Of a stretch of DNA of 64,000 nt, positions 1 to 13,031 are shown in pieces. The notes under the pieces are model-generated. The model was not told where the DNA came from and searched no databases. It saw only the letters and a program-made list of their open reading frames with translations. Position numbers and translations under genes: made by a program. The DNA is taken from assembly GCA_973895155.1 (NCBI GenBank), contig OZ316891.1, forward strand, positions 22,711,884 to 22,775,883, in the 5' to 3' direction. The stretch comes from Marsupella aquatica (Eukaryota > Plantae > Marchantiophyta). Numbering within the stretch: position 1 is the first letter of the stretch; the number at the start of each line of letters is the position of its first letter.

Positions 1-1262
1 ACATTACTAATTTTAATTTATGAACTGACACTAATATAGTACACATTAAACATTATTGAATGTATTTAAACAAGAAGGCCATCAATAAACCAATAAGAAG
101 CCTTTTCTTTGTTCTTCCTTGATTGAGTATTTTGTTTGAGACACCATTTCCACCTGTTGAGGGCCTTTTGTATTTTAGCAATTTGAATTTTACCATTTAA
201 TTTGTTCTACTTTGCCGGCTTGAGTTCTACAACTTCTTATCTTAGGGGCCTCAATATAAGGGGTGTCCCATACCACACGCAAAGTTTTGGGGAAATGAAC
301 ACCTAAAACTTAGGTGAATAAAGTTTTTTTGAGTAATTGTTTTATCCCTAACTTAATGGAATATTTTTGGAATATTCTCAAGTTTGGTTTTAAAACACCC
401 GAATCATGTTTGTCACCAAAAATTGAAAAGTCTTTCACTAAACCCAATAAAAAAACCCTATACTTATTTGCGCATGATGGGTTGGAAGAAAAGAAGTGAG
501 GACCCCGGGCTTCTTACAGAGAGTGAGTTTCTTGAGCTCCTCTTTGCTTCACCTGCTAGTTCATCCTATTAATAGGATAATGGTTAGGGTTTCTAGCCTA
601 TAACCCTGTGATCAGAAAATAGCAACCCTGATTTAATTGTCGCTCCCTCATGGTGCAGGTCCCTGTCGGATCCGTGGGGGCTCACCCTGAAATGGGTTCC
701 CTAGAATGAATGTTGTCACTATTGGGGTGGGGAGAGACTATTAAGTGTTCTTCCTCATTTCCATACAAGACCAAAAAGGACTTGTAGACTTTTACAAACC
801 ACAGTAGTCCCGTAAGTTTATATTTATAAATGACTTGAAGATTTAATTTGTTGTTTGTTGTTGTCCCTCATTGCTAGAAACATCTTACTACTATACATAG
901 AATCAAATTACAGAGAGGGTGCCATGATGTCACCTTCCAAAAGTTAAGTAAGGCAATATATAGTGAGGAAGTCTCAAGGCTCGGAGTTTAGTTGGGAGTT
1001 TAATGGACCTTAACTCTGAAGTTATGGGTTAGATACATTCAAAGTTACGGACAAAAAGTTACGAATAACCAAATTCAGAGTCCATAACATTTGTCATATG
1101 CCATGACCATTAGTCATGAAAGAGGCTAGTGAAAAAAAACCTTTAGCAAAATCTTGTGAGAAAGTTATGACCATTCCTTTATAGCCAAAAGCCATAGTCC
1201 GTAACTTCGAAGCTTTGAGATGCCCCAGTCTTCACTAGAAGAATCCGAGGTGAACTGAGACC

Positions 1263-1590
1263 GCAATATATGACTCATTTTGGCTCATGTGACTTCATTG
1301 TGACTCAACGTGACTTGACCCACGCTGTGACCCTTGGAGTTGCAAAAGTTGAGACCAAAAAATGGAAGTCACTATTGATACTGGGCTTTGCAACTTGCTT
1401 GATACCCATTTGTGACTGATCTGTGACTTTATTGTGGAGTCTAGCCTTGTTTCGACGTGACTGCAATATGACTTCAGCGAGTCACATCGTAAGTCACATA
1501 CATGACTTACCCGCATTCAACAACGACTAGCGTGTGACTATTTAGTGTCACAGGAGAGACCAATGGAGACCCTGGCCCGCGTCACACAAC
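1263..1590. repeat. E1 subterminal GTGAC/GTCAC motif cluster (putative TnpA binding sites)
   Basis: Dense GTGACT/AGTCAC motifs in both orientations next to the TIR; AGTCAC/ATGAC motifs recur at ~19640-19815. Confidence 0.7.
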
Positions 1591-2087
1591 AGAACCATTT
1601 GGGACTCTATATACTCATGTTTATAACTAATAAGGTTCACATGCAAGTTATAACCATGACTAATGAACACAGAGGGACAGTTCATAAGAAGAGAGAGCAC
1701 TCGACATTACAATACATAGAAACCTGATGTTCTAACTTTAGAAATATAACACATTGAATACAAGAAATGAACATAGCATGAATGACATCCACATGAAACA
1801 AAGCATCATATAAGCAGATCCTACATAAAACATTCATAAGAATTAAACACAATCACAATCTTGCTAAAAAATGAAGATCATTTGAATTCCAATGGAATAG
1901 TTTACAATGTGATCAATGTAATTTAGACAAAACAGGAACTCATAATTGATGACTGTAGGATGAGATAACTGAAAGCACATGCATGATACTATGAATCTCC
2001 AAGAGGACATGATTCTTGTACTGCTTCTTGACATCTAAAATCTACATAACATGACTCACACTACAAACAAATAATGGCATGACATTG

Positions 2088-5000
2088 TTATGGATCCTCT
2101 ATGAACTTGCTTGGCCATAATACCAAAGAACCTGCAGCATCTCCAAGTGTCTTTTGAGGAGGATCATCATTTGTGTTTGGAATGGGAAGGACAGCTTTAG
2201 GTTTCACTAGTAATGTGACTAACACTACTGAATAACCTGGGGGAATCCTCTTGCCATGGAACGTTGTGGAACCAACCTGCACTCTGGCAAATCCTACTCG
2301 TGTTCCACTCTCATCAACAGCTAACAAGCCACTTTGTCCCTCAGCATTAGGTGCTTTCCCCACTTCCACCTTAGATCTTTCTGCCAGCACTGTTCTTGGA
2401 GGTTTGTATGAAACCTTTGACGTGGCTCTGCTCCCACCAGCAGACTTGCTTCGTGTGCGCATGCTTCCTCTCTTCACAGTAGTGAAGCTAGGCTCAGTAG
2501 GTTCCTCTGTTAGGACTGTCACAGTAGCAGGTTCATCACCTGGGAGTGTCATACCAACTAACTCTTTGGTTGGATTTATCTCAACAAGAGGCACACCTGT
2601 CATTGAGAATGATACATTCTGCAAATCATTTATCTCTGCAATGGAGTCAAGATCTACATAGCATGAATCTGGCTCAATGGTATCATTGTCATGCTTGCTG
2701 ATATCCTCATTTGCCCCAACATTGATATCATCCACTCCCTTGCCAATGTCATCCTCATCCAAACATGGTTGACTGCCCTCTGTCAAACAAGTTGCTTGTA
2801 CAGACTGCAACTTTGTTGCCTCTAAATTACAGCGAGTATTTGCCAGGTTCTCATACTTCTTCTCTGTAGCACCTGTCTTATTCTCTATGGACACAACAAC
2901 CACAATATATGTTACTGAAAATAACACATTCAACAAACAATGTCAATTCAAACTATACATTTAATAATCATATCCCACACAGTTGTAAAGGCCTTACCTT
3001 CAAGCCTACATGTCGTTGGCATGCCAGAAGAGTGCATCGACTTTGCCACCTCAAGTGGTGATGGTGGAACTCCTGCAGAATTGGAATCAATTTTATCTCT
3101 CACCGACACAACAGCTTCCATTAATGTCTTGAAGTTCACATGGAACAAGTCAGTCAATGAATTCAAACGTTCATTGATCTCTGGAAGACATGTTTCGACA
3201 GCCTTCAAACGACCACTTATCTCTGTAAGTGAAGATCCACCTCCCTACATGACACAGGGGTATAGGTTCAATCACTCCATATGAAATGTTGGGCAATATA
3301 TGCACAATCAATGTTATATACAGTGTACACCTGAAATTCAACGCAGGTCATTCAATTACCAATCAGAACTCATATAACTTACATGCTTGGAGGATTCAGA
3401 TGCACCCTCTTGAGCCCGGGTGTTCACAATTTCAGCCCTCAACTCTTCTTTTGAAGGGCTTTGCCCCAATTGGGCTTTCTGCACATGCATGGCAAACACA
3501 AGTTATCGATCAATATTCAGGGAACGTACACTAAAAAACAAAGTTTACATGTATGGGTTTACACTAAAAAATAGTACATAGTGTAGCATAAATTACATAG
3601 CTAGGCCATTCATTCTTACCAAACGTTTAGCTGTCGGTGCAGTGCCGGTCCTTCCTGTCAGATTAGGGTTCTGAACACTCAACCTGGCCTCGGTCATCTG
3701 TGAACTCTTCTTTTTTGAAGCATCTGTTACAAAATAAGCTACTAACCTTGCCCACACTTTATCATCACAACTGGCTGGTGGAGGCATATCTGGCTTCTCC
3801 CCACCTTCCTTCCAAGCCTTATGCATTCTCCACCTCTCTTGCTTGATAATTTTACCTGCTGTACTCTCTAGGCAACCTATGTCCACGCCATCATCACTGC
3901 CCACATAATTCCATTTGGCAGCAACATTTTCACATACAGTCTTCCAATCTTTTGGATGCTGTTTTTTAAAATTAATAACACTCACATCTAACCAACGCAA
4001 TACTTCAGCTTTCAAATCAGCATGCCATCGGTTCTTGCGAGGACACTCAGCATCCACCCATTGTCTCTCATTCAACTTTACATTCCCTTTCTTTGTCACC
4101 TCCCCTCGTGCACTGCTCTCGGTAGTACTGGGCGTTGTATTGGCCACCCCTTCATTCACCCTACCTGGGGTTCTGAAGCCACCTGGGAAAATACAATGCC
4201 ATTCATGCTTGAGAACTACATATAGCAGAATGGATGACGGCAACATTCAATGCTTCACTTCAAGAAAAATTCTTCAAACATACATACCTGTAGCTCTGCC
4301 TGTAGATGCCTGTGCAGGGACTGCACTCTGAAATTGTTGCGACCCTGGACCACCTGTCCAGCCTAGTACAGGGGCCGGATGATGTCACTTTCTAGGTATG
4401 TGTGTGCAAACATATGTACTGAAAACTAAGTACAAACTGTAGGAAAACAACTGAACATTCACTGACATACCTGTCCCCCTTCCGTGCTGCATCTGCATAG
4501 GGGCATTAGTGAATACTTGAGTCGATGGTTCGACTGTCCAACCTGCACACATACATTTTCTATCATTATACATGTGCAGAGTCCCCCCCACGTGAATGGA
4601 CTCCACATATAATGAGTTCTTCCATTGCTAACAAGATCAGACATTACCTGCTCCTCTTCCAGCGTTTGTAGGTACTGAATTTTGATATCCCTGCCAATTA
4701 CCTTCACCACCTTCCCAACCTTGTTCATTCCACGACCCACCACCATCCTCCCAACCTGGTTCAACCCATGTCTGTCCTTGTGGACATTGGAACTGATCAT
4801 TACTAGCATTTGCCCAATCAGGTTGGGCAGAATCTGCATGCAATGGCAGGTGGACAGAATTTCATGTTGTCTGAATCCAATACATCCCAAACAATGTCAA
4901 AAATTGATATGCAGTCTGAAATTCAGGAGTGCCATGCCTTCACAAAGAACTGGCATATAGATATATACTCACATCCCCACGGTTGAGGTGGACGTCCATA

Positions 5001-5878
5001 CCCACGAGATTGTGGGTTTGGACCTGCTCTGCCTCTACCACGGGCATAACCTAGAGCTTGCCCCCTGCCATAGTATTGGGCACCAGCCTGGGATCTACCA
5101 CTACTACCACCTCGCCAACCTTGATCAGAGGTCAGCCCCCCCTGCTGGTATGGTGCATGCACAGGCTTCGAAGGCAAAACAGAACTGGCAGGACGCTGCA
5201 TCACATCACCAACTACAATGTCAGGAACTAAGCAAGGTACATATGTGTAGTACTGAACATATGAAACCTCTAAACAAGAGTTTTTAACTCAAAACCTTGT
5301 TGGGAAAACTACTTACATGTTTCTTTTGGGGCTGCTCTGCAATGTATTCATCTTCATAACCCCCATCCTCATCCATTTCCTCTGGAAAATACTCATCATC
5401 TGCATCTTCTTGTCTAGTGTCTGCACCCACCTGTGCAGCATCAATGTCATCTCCACATTCTGCCATTGTAGGTACGACCTTCTTGCTCAACCTGTCACTC
5501 CGACGCACAGGCCCAGAGATAGTGCTGGTCACCCTTCTTGCGTACTCCTTTTGTTTCTTTGAAAATGTTGTGGCTCTGCGACATTCCAATATGAGAATAC
5601 AGTCACAATTTCAGTGCCACATTGAACTATTCATGTCACACAAACTCAGCGGAGGGGTGTAGTTGAGAATCGTTCCCTTACAATTCAGCCACATCCTTTT
5701 CCAGATCCAGTTCTGCGATTTTGGCTTTCACGTATGCTCGTTGTTCCATAGCTTTCCTTTCATACTCACACATCTCTGTGTCACTCTGTTCCATCCTACT
5801 GGACCACAAAAACATGTCATCTATGGTCACCCCGTATAACACAATGCAACCACAATCACCAGGCATCCATCCATACAT
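2088..5878 (-). CDS. E1 multi-exon TnpA/Tnp1-like protein
   Basis: Exons within ORFs 5678-5878, 5284-5589, 4923-5204, 4637-4843, 3593-4246, 2948-3208 and 2088-2936, plus mini-exons 4471-4542 and 4288-4362, bounded by GT-AG sites. Ptta/Transposase_24-like segment (W..V...V..KW...IIKQER..P.....W..LV.YF...NPN.TG) and a C-terminal Tnp1/En/Spm-like domain (FHG..IP.GY..V.V.....A.LP.P.......L.DA.G..V.W). Start and exact exon set uncertain. Confidence 0.75.
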
Positions 5879-5950
5879 CTGTGTTGCTTCAGAATTACTT
5901 TATTACACATCCTTCCCCTCACTAATGTCTATGCAAACAATTCACATTAC

Positions 5951-8900
5951 TCATGGCACAGGCACACTGTTGGCATCTGCATCTCTGAATTCGCCTCCTT
6001 CAGCAAATGCATCTACCCTTGTCACAGGAATGAAGTCCCCGCTATCATGAACTACAGGCACTTGGTCTGAACGCCGACGATCAAAGGCACTATGAGAGTG
6101 TAAATGAAACTCAAGGTTTGATCCTTCCATCCGGCGTTGCCTGGCCTGTTTATGACACACTACACGCCAACCTGGGGAGTCTTCCACATCCAGGAAGAAA
6201 GCTTGCTCCACCTGACTAGGAAACACAAATGGCTCAGACCATTTGGGCAATTTCCCTCTGAAATTGGCCAGCAAGAAACCGTCGTTGTCTCTCTTCATGG
6301 TAGCCCTGTTACCAAGCCAATCCTGCCGCACCCATGAACCTTTCATAAGAATCACAGGACTGGACACCGCCCCATAGTCCAGAGCCCATATGTCAACTAA
6401 TTCTCCCACATATCCCATCTCCATCCAGGCCCTGTCGTGATTGTGGCTCTGTTGCTCAAATATAGTGATGAGCCCGCAGTCATTCGTCACCCTGTAGGCA
6501 CTGTCACCATCCTTCACTCGGAAGTGATTCCCATATGCTCTCATCCGTTTGTAAGTCTTCACTTTCAGGCTAGGGGCATTAGACAGTAGGTAAACATCTG
6601 CATCCATGTCTGGGTGGGTCTCGTGATGCTCTCTAATTGCCACTCTGATCCACTCCATGAAACCTGGAAAAGTTGTTCCTGCAGTGGGATGGGCCGCCTT
6701 CAATGACTCATACTCCCTGAACGAACAACCACACAGCATTAGCTTGGGTAAACATGAACAGGCTGAAGGAGAAAACCACACGAACACAACATTTAAGCTC
6801 ATGAACTGGATTATAGCACATGTATGCACTCACTGTATCCAGGGTTCCATCACCACAGTGTTGTGCAATACAAAGTCATGTGCCAAGTCTCTCATAGATA
6901 TGGTCAGGTTCTTTGTGGTTGCAGCCCCTTCCAGTACTTCACCTACCACCCCTTCCTCCTCATCAGAATTCCACACCCTGGTCTTCACATGCTCATATTG
7001 TGCTATGTATTCGGTCAGAAATCCCAGAGTCTCATCCTTGATGTAACCTTTAGCCATGCTTGCTTCAGGTTTGTAATATGTTCTCACGTGACCTTTGAGT
7101 AGCTTCATGTACCGTTCCAAAGGGTACAACCAACGAGCACTCACAGGCCCAAATTGGTGTAGCTCTTCCACAACATGGACAAGTAGGTGGGTCATGACAT
7201 CAAAAAATGCGGGAGGAAAATAAATCTCCAGGTCACACAGCACCTGAGCGACATCTTCTGTCAGTTGTGGGAAGTGTGTTTCATCCCAAACCTTCACACA
7301 AATACGACGAAACACATCACTGAGTCGCATGATCACAGTACGAACAGGCTTCTGCAACAGGCCCCTCAGGCATAAAGGCAACACCTGTTGCATCAACATA
7401 TGGTAGTCATGGCTTTTCATACTACCAAGCTTTCTAGTCATGATATGCTTCTTGAAAGCACTGCCATAGTTTGAAGGAACCTTCAAAGAACTCAACCTCT
7501 GCACAAATAGTTCCCACTCTGTGTCTGTCAGAACATAGGGCGCTTGGTACTTCAAGAGCACATCAGCTCTGTGGGCATGTGGCCTCAACCAAAGATGGGG
7601 TTTCATTCCCCTCTGTTCAAGATCCAATCTCACTGAACCAGTGTCTTTCTCTCCACACAAGAATCTGAGTAGACTCTCACAAATATTATTTTCAATGTGC
7701 ATAACATCAATGTTATGTTTGCTTGGCTCAAACTCCTGCATCGTTGCAATGCAAAAGCGTCAGGAAATGCCTCAAGTTTAGTCTCTCTCTTCGAAATGAA
7801 TGCACATGCTCTGAACCAAAACATGTATCCCAATTAGCATCAACTCCAAGAGGCTTACCCTCCAGTACTTGAGCTCCAAGTCCAATATGCTCAGTCTTTT
7901 TACACCATATCGCTTTATTGGATCACTCACTCCATCTTCCCTGCCCCCTCGTTTGATATAGTCATCTCTCAGTGCTCCCCACTGCCTGATCTCCTCTTTG
8001 GTCACTCGTGCCGGGGGTCCACGTTGCTCAATCTCATTGCCAAAGTGTGCAATCAGTGCCTGTCTTTCTCTGTAAGGGTGATCTGTCTTCAGAAAACGAC
8101 GATGGCCCATGTATATCACTTTCTGCAGGGCTCTGGAGTACTCACTGGTGACATTGCGCCCACAGATAGTACAAGCACAATATCCTTTTGTTGTTTGGCC
8201 TGATATCATCCCATGGGCTGGGTAGTCAGCTATAGTCAGAATGACAATGGCTCTAAGGATGAATGGGTTTAACCTCCCAAGCCTCTGTAGGACATCATAT
8301 GTGAGAACTCCTTCCTCCCAAAGCTTTCTCAATTCCTCCACTAGGGGAGCCAGAAACACATCTATGTTGGCAGATACAGCACTGTCTGGCCCTGGTATCA
8401 GTAGGACCATCAGAACAAAAAATCGCTTTGTAGTCATCCAAGGAGGAAGGTTATAATTCAAAATAGTTACAGGCCAGCATGAAAATTTGTTGTTCTTGTC
8501 TCCAAATGGGTTTACCCCATCCAATGACAGCCCAAGTCTGACATTCCTTGGCTCAGCAGCAAATTCGGGATACATCTCATCTATGAGTTTCCATTGCCTT
8601 GAATCTGCAGCATGTCGTTGTAGCCCATCATCACTTTTCTTGTCAGTTGCCCAAGTCATCATCTCCGAGATGGCACGGCTTCTGAACATCCGCTGAAGTC
8701 TGGGAATGAGTGGAAAATGACGAAGTACCTTGGCGGGAACCATAGACTTTCCTGAGTTCCGATACCTGTGCTTCCCACACTTAGGGCATGTCAACGATTC
8801 TTTATACTCCTTTATGAAAAGAACATGCCCATCAGGACAGGCATGGATCGAATCATAGTTCAATCCAAGATTAGATATGCATCTTTTTGCCTCGTACATG

Positions 8901-9682
8901 TTCTTGGGCAAAATATTACCATCTGGTAGCACAGTTGTTCGCAAGAATGCCAACAACTCAAAAACCAAAACGTTGGGGACATTGTGGTTGCCGCAAATGT
9001 TCAGGAACATGATGACAAATCCCAGTTTAGAACATTTGCTACCGGGGTACAAAGACTTCCTGCCTTCCTGTATTTGCAGGGGAGAGCCAAACATCCCATC
9101 ATGCCCAGGGGTTTCCTGCCCTATCTCAAACTCATCAAGAGGCTCTTCGACAGGGGGCACACTTGCATCTGCAGCCGTATCCTCTTCATTGTCCAGCCCA
9201 TCATGAAATGCATCCAAGTCTTGGAAGATGTCTCTCACCATCTCTTCCACATGAATTCCTTTGTCACGTGGTGCTGCCTGAGCACCATCCCGTTGGAGAG
9301 CTGACAACCCACAGAGACCAGCTACAACATTTTCAAATGCACCAGGCAGAACCTCACTTGCCCGTCTTGCAGCATTGGCAGCATCAAATTCTAACCTCCA
9401 CTCCTCGTCGGAAGAATCTTCCTCTGCAGGATCATTCCAAACTCGATGTCGTGGATCTCTTCCATGAACCGCGATATGCCGCCAAACCTCATTCAGACCC
9501 CTGGTACGGGATCCTTGGCAGATTGCACAAGGACATCTCATCCTACTGGCTCCTGAAAGTCTGGTTCGTAACCTTTCACGCTGCCAAAGCTTATTATCAT
9601 GGCGTGATATCCTTGTGGGATGATGCAAAGGCAGTGCCTGTGCCCTGGGCTGGGTCTGGGGAGGGTGGTGACCAGGGTGCAT
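5951..9682 (-). CDS. E1 CACTA transposase (Tnp2/TnpD type), 3 exons
   Basis: N-terminal CPCxxC..H Zn motif; Transposase_21 core (RNVRLGLSLDGVNPF, WPVTILNYNLPPW, ADYPA); intron ~7858-7736; DUF4218-like exon (DVMHIENN, MKSHDYH, FPPAFFDVMTHLLVH, LYPLERYMKLLK); intron ~6833-6717; DUF4216-like exon (EPFVFPSQVEQAFF). No internal stops seen. Confidence 0.93.
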
Positions 9683-10115
9683 TGTAACAGGCTGGGAGCT
9701 CTGCAGTCATGGACAGCAGTGAACAAGGATGCCTAATGGTGGTATTTGTGTTCCATATATCCCTGACTGTATCTGCCAAAAGAGTTAACATAACGTGTAC
9801 TAAATTCTCACAAACCCTAAACCACCCCAAAAGAAAAAAACAGGTTCGCAAGTAGTGTACCTATTGTCAAGTGAATGACACAAAATTTCTAAATGTTGGA
9901 GGGTGTCACCACCTCCTCCGCTGTCCTCAAATGTACCGCCTCTGCATGTACGTTTACAGTGACACCCCCAGGCAGCAGGAAACAACAATCCGCCAACAGT
10001 AAAATAAGCCCAACTGCCACCAACCATAACAAGGTACATTAGTTCAAAGATCACATTTATTTCAATGATCTGATTTATACAAAAAAACTTGTGTCCAAAC
10101 TGATGCTACTACTCC

Positions 10116-10994
10116 TCACTCTGATTCAGAATCGCTAATGACCCATTCCTCACTTGTTGTCTCATAGTCCTCTCTGTAAGGATCCTGACCCTTCCGTGGC
10201 CAGGCCTCAAAAAGATCATAGTCCATTGGGTTTTGACGCTTCCCAGCTGCTACTGATTCCACAAGCCAAGCATATGAAACCACAAACACATTATGGGACA
10301 TGACATAAAAGCGAATGTCTCCCTTCCCAAACTTGCGGCAGGCTTTGGGATATGACTTAGTAATGACATGAGTGGTGTCCTCTGTTATATTCTCCTCCAC
10401 TGTCCCACCTAGGTCAAGCACTGTGGACTTGTACACTTTGCACTTAACCTCTCCAATTCCCGCCTCCACAAATACCATGCTCAGCCCTTTCAGAATGGGG
10501 GTTGGTTGCTTCGTCTCCTCAGCCAACATACTCTTCAGCCTTGTAGAGCTCTGTCCTTTGTTGAGTACAGGTCCATATTGGAGATCAGCAAGCCGTGCCT
10601 TTGCTTCCCAGACTTCTTGTTCAGCCCAAGCTGATGCAGTAGCTTCTTCATCCTCCCACAACTCATATTGCTCAGTATCCTGTACAATCTTATGTGCTAT
10701 GGAATCTGTGATCCAAGAGGCCTCAACTACTTTTAGGCCTTGCTTAGTAATTGCAGAATTCATGTAGGACCATGACCACTTCTTTATCACTGATAGCCAT
10801 GTCCCTGCAACAACATGTGTAGTCTCTGGAGTGATGTCCTGAACTACAGTGCCATGGAGCTCAGAGAATCGTTTCTGTACAGTTGGCCAATGCACTTTGG
10901 TCAACCCATGCTGGCCATGGACCAAAATCGCTCTGACCCCTGTAAACACTGCTGGGTGGTCACACTTTCTACGTTTACCAGGCTCCATGTACAC
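10116..10994 (-). CDS. Tandem BRCT-domain protein (DNA polymerase lambda-like BRCT), transposon cargo
   Basis: 292-aa intronless ORF with two BRCT repeats (FTGVRAIL..LHGTV...ITPETTHVV..VVEASWITDSI; LKGLSMVF..LGGTVEENITEDTTHVI..VVSYAWLVESV). Confidence 0.85.
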   Translation of the reverse strand: MYMEPGKRRKCDHPAVFTGVRAILVHGQHGLTKVHWPTVQKRFSELHGTVVQDITPETTHVVAGTWLSVIKKWSWSYMNSAITKQGLKVVEASWITDSIAHKIVQDTEQYELWEDEEATASAWAEQEVWEAKARLADLQYGPVLNKGQSSTRLKSMLAEETKQPTPILKGLSMVFVEAGIGEVKCKVYKSTVLDLGGTVEENITEDTTHVITKSYPKACRKFGKGDIRFYVMSHNVFVVSYAWLVESVAAGKRQNPMDYDLFEAWPRKGQDPYREDYETTSEEWVISDSESE

Positions 10995-11580
10995 ACACCC
11001 TACGTGATGACAGTGAATTTTGGAAGAATGGGTTCACCTGACAATACAAGGACAACAAAATTCCTGCTTTTTGAGTTGATCTGGCCCACTGGTGCTCAGG
11101 TCCGATTTTGATAGGTACAAGGGATATGTGAACAATACGTACTAGGCACCTGCACGGATGCAGGACATTGTTTGAATATATACTACAAAATCCATATCCG
11201 TGGTGAAATGAAGTGCAACCAACTTGTCATGGCACATACATATTTTGTTGTAAAGGAGGATACATTCAATGACAAACTTATAGGGCAATTTGATTAATTG
11301 CATGCCTGATAATTTATACGCTTACAACTTAGAAGTCTTGTTTTAATTTAGCAGTGTGATGAAAGTGTTTATGAAAATGACCACTCAGCCTAAATACTTC
11401 CAAGAAGGCTTGTAAGGATAAGTTTGTATAGGCATGTACCCAGCCACTGACGCCAGAGCACAAGATAAGTGCTGCCTATATAAACTCGCCTACCCAACTC
11501 CTTTTCAAAATTGGAATCTCTGCAATCTCAAAAAATAGTACATCCACATCAGGTGCACTGTGCATGTACAATGTTCAGCT

Positions 11581-12261
11581 TCACAGCCAAGATATGTGAT
11601 CTCTCACAGGAGTGCGCGAGGTAGGATCAATGGCATGGCGATGACAATAAAATATCCATCGATCAACACCATGTGCAGAGTGATCATAGATTTCTCTGTC
11701 ACAAGCATAACCCTCTGCTTGATGATCTTTCAGGCAATGATAGTGCCACATAGTGGGACACCTAGCACAGTGGACTATGTCAGTCCAGTAGTCATCATCA
11801 TGCTCACCACATGCCTTGCACCTATGAAGTGGGCAAGCTGTGGCATGAGCAGGCAAACACTCAAAACAGAAAAATCTCACACAAAAACGGTCTGGACATT
11901 TCCTAACATTTGCTGCAGCATCAACAGAGCCCTCATAGGACCCCAACTTCCCACACTGTGCACACTTAGCCTGCTTCTCCAAACAATCAGTGCACATCCA
12001 GTCTCCCTGGTGTGTTGACGGGAGGCCCACCCCTGGACAGTTGTTTTCTGCAGCAAGGTCAGACTCCGGGTTGAGGTGGAAATGCCTCATGCAAGGGCCC
12101 TCACAAATGACCAGGCCCCCACCATCGTCACAAATGGCACAACAATGAGCTGCCTTCTGGAAAATCTGACTTGCAGAGAAGTTAGTAGCATCTGCCCCAA
12201 GTACACCTGTGTTTCTCACCTCTGTCACACGCTTTTTGGCTTGAATTTTAGGCCGTGCCAT
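11581..12261 (-). CDS. Stand-alone EDM2-type composite PHD-finger protein (E1 cargo)
   Basis: 226-aa intact ORF: CAICDDGG.L..CEGPC.R.FH, WxCxxC, CxxC..LG, CPLHxCxxC, CxRCP..WH..CL, YC..H.ID....TPVRDHI, as in the PHD region of Arabidopsis EDM2 (recalled). Confidence 0.88.
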   Translation of the reverse strand: MARPKIQAKKRVTEVRNTGVLGADATNFSASQIFQKAAHCCAICDDGGGLVICEGPCMRHFHLNPESDLAAENNCPGVGLPSTHQGDWMCTDCLEKQAKCAQCGKLGSYEGSVDAAANVRKCPDRFCVRFFCFECLPAHATACPLHRCKACGEHDDDYWTDIVHCARCPTMWHYHCLKDHQAEGYACDREIYDHSAHGVDRWIFYCHRHAIDPTSRTPVRDHISWL

Positions 12262-12272
12262 GCCTGCGCATG

Positions 12273-12416
12273 AGATAGACTCTACAATTTAGCAGACTGC
12301 ACAGAAAGTAATATATATTTAGCATTTAAGGTACAAAGGCATTTAGATAGACTCTACAATTTAGCAGACTGCACAGAAAGTAAAATATATTTAGCATTTA
12401 AGGTACAAAGGCATTT
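12273..12416. repeat. 72-bp tandem duplication just upstream of the PHD ORF
   Basis: AGATAGACTCTACAATTT...GGCATTT twice (12273-12344, 12345-12416), one mismatch. Confidence 0.95.
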
Positions 12417-13031
12417 GCTACTGCAATGAATTGGAATGGCCACACAAGGATGCAGAGCACACATACTTTTGGTATGTTGAGCCCACACACAAAACTGATC
12501 CCCTAATACAATTTCTCCACCAACACCTCAATTTTAATTGTGGCTATGATTCACCAAAGGAGATCTGCAACAACATTTCATGCATTTGAATCACATACAA
12601 TAGTCGTGACATGTAAAACAGGCATTCTTCGAAGAGGATTGGTATGAAGCAGTGTCATAAGGGTTGAAATTTATACATCCTAAATAGGTTATGATAGTGG
12701 CTGAGACAAATAAGTGAGGCATAAATCATTTTGCATATTATCACATGGCCCATTAATTCATTCAACGTTGCAATGTTCACCAGGTTAAAGCAGTCATGAA
12801 AGCAGTCTTTCAATAGAGACTTTTATGCGAGTTTGCTAGCCTCTTAAATTAGGATATTTTGCTTAGTACAGGCATAATAGGATATAAGTTATGTACTGTT
12901 GACCCTAAACCCTGGACCCAAAATTGCTCATACATCAAAATTTTAAGTAAATATCCTCTGTGTTGAAGTCAGAGTGTTAAGCTATAGGTCAATGGTATCT
13001 GGTCTGTGCATGCGGTGTGACAAGTGGTCCT

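Noticed and set aside
1-1232. Short ORFs and LTR-like sequence left of E1
   Set aside because: No domains or definable ends; probably a repeat fragment continuing outside the window.
2251-12273. Plus-strand ORFs overlapping E1 genes
   Set aside because: Antisense shadows of the minus-strand coding exons.
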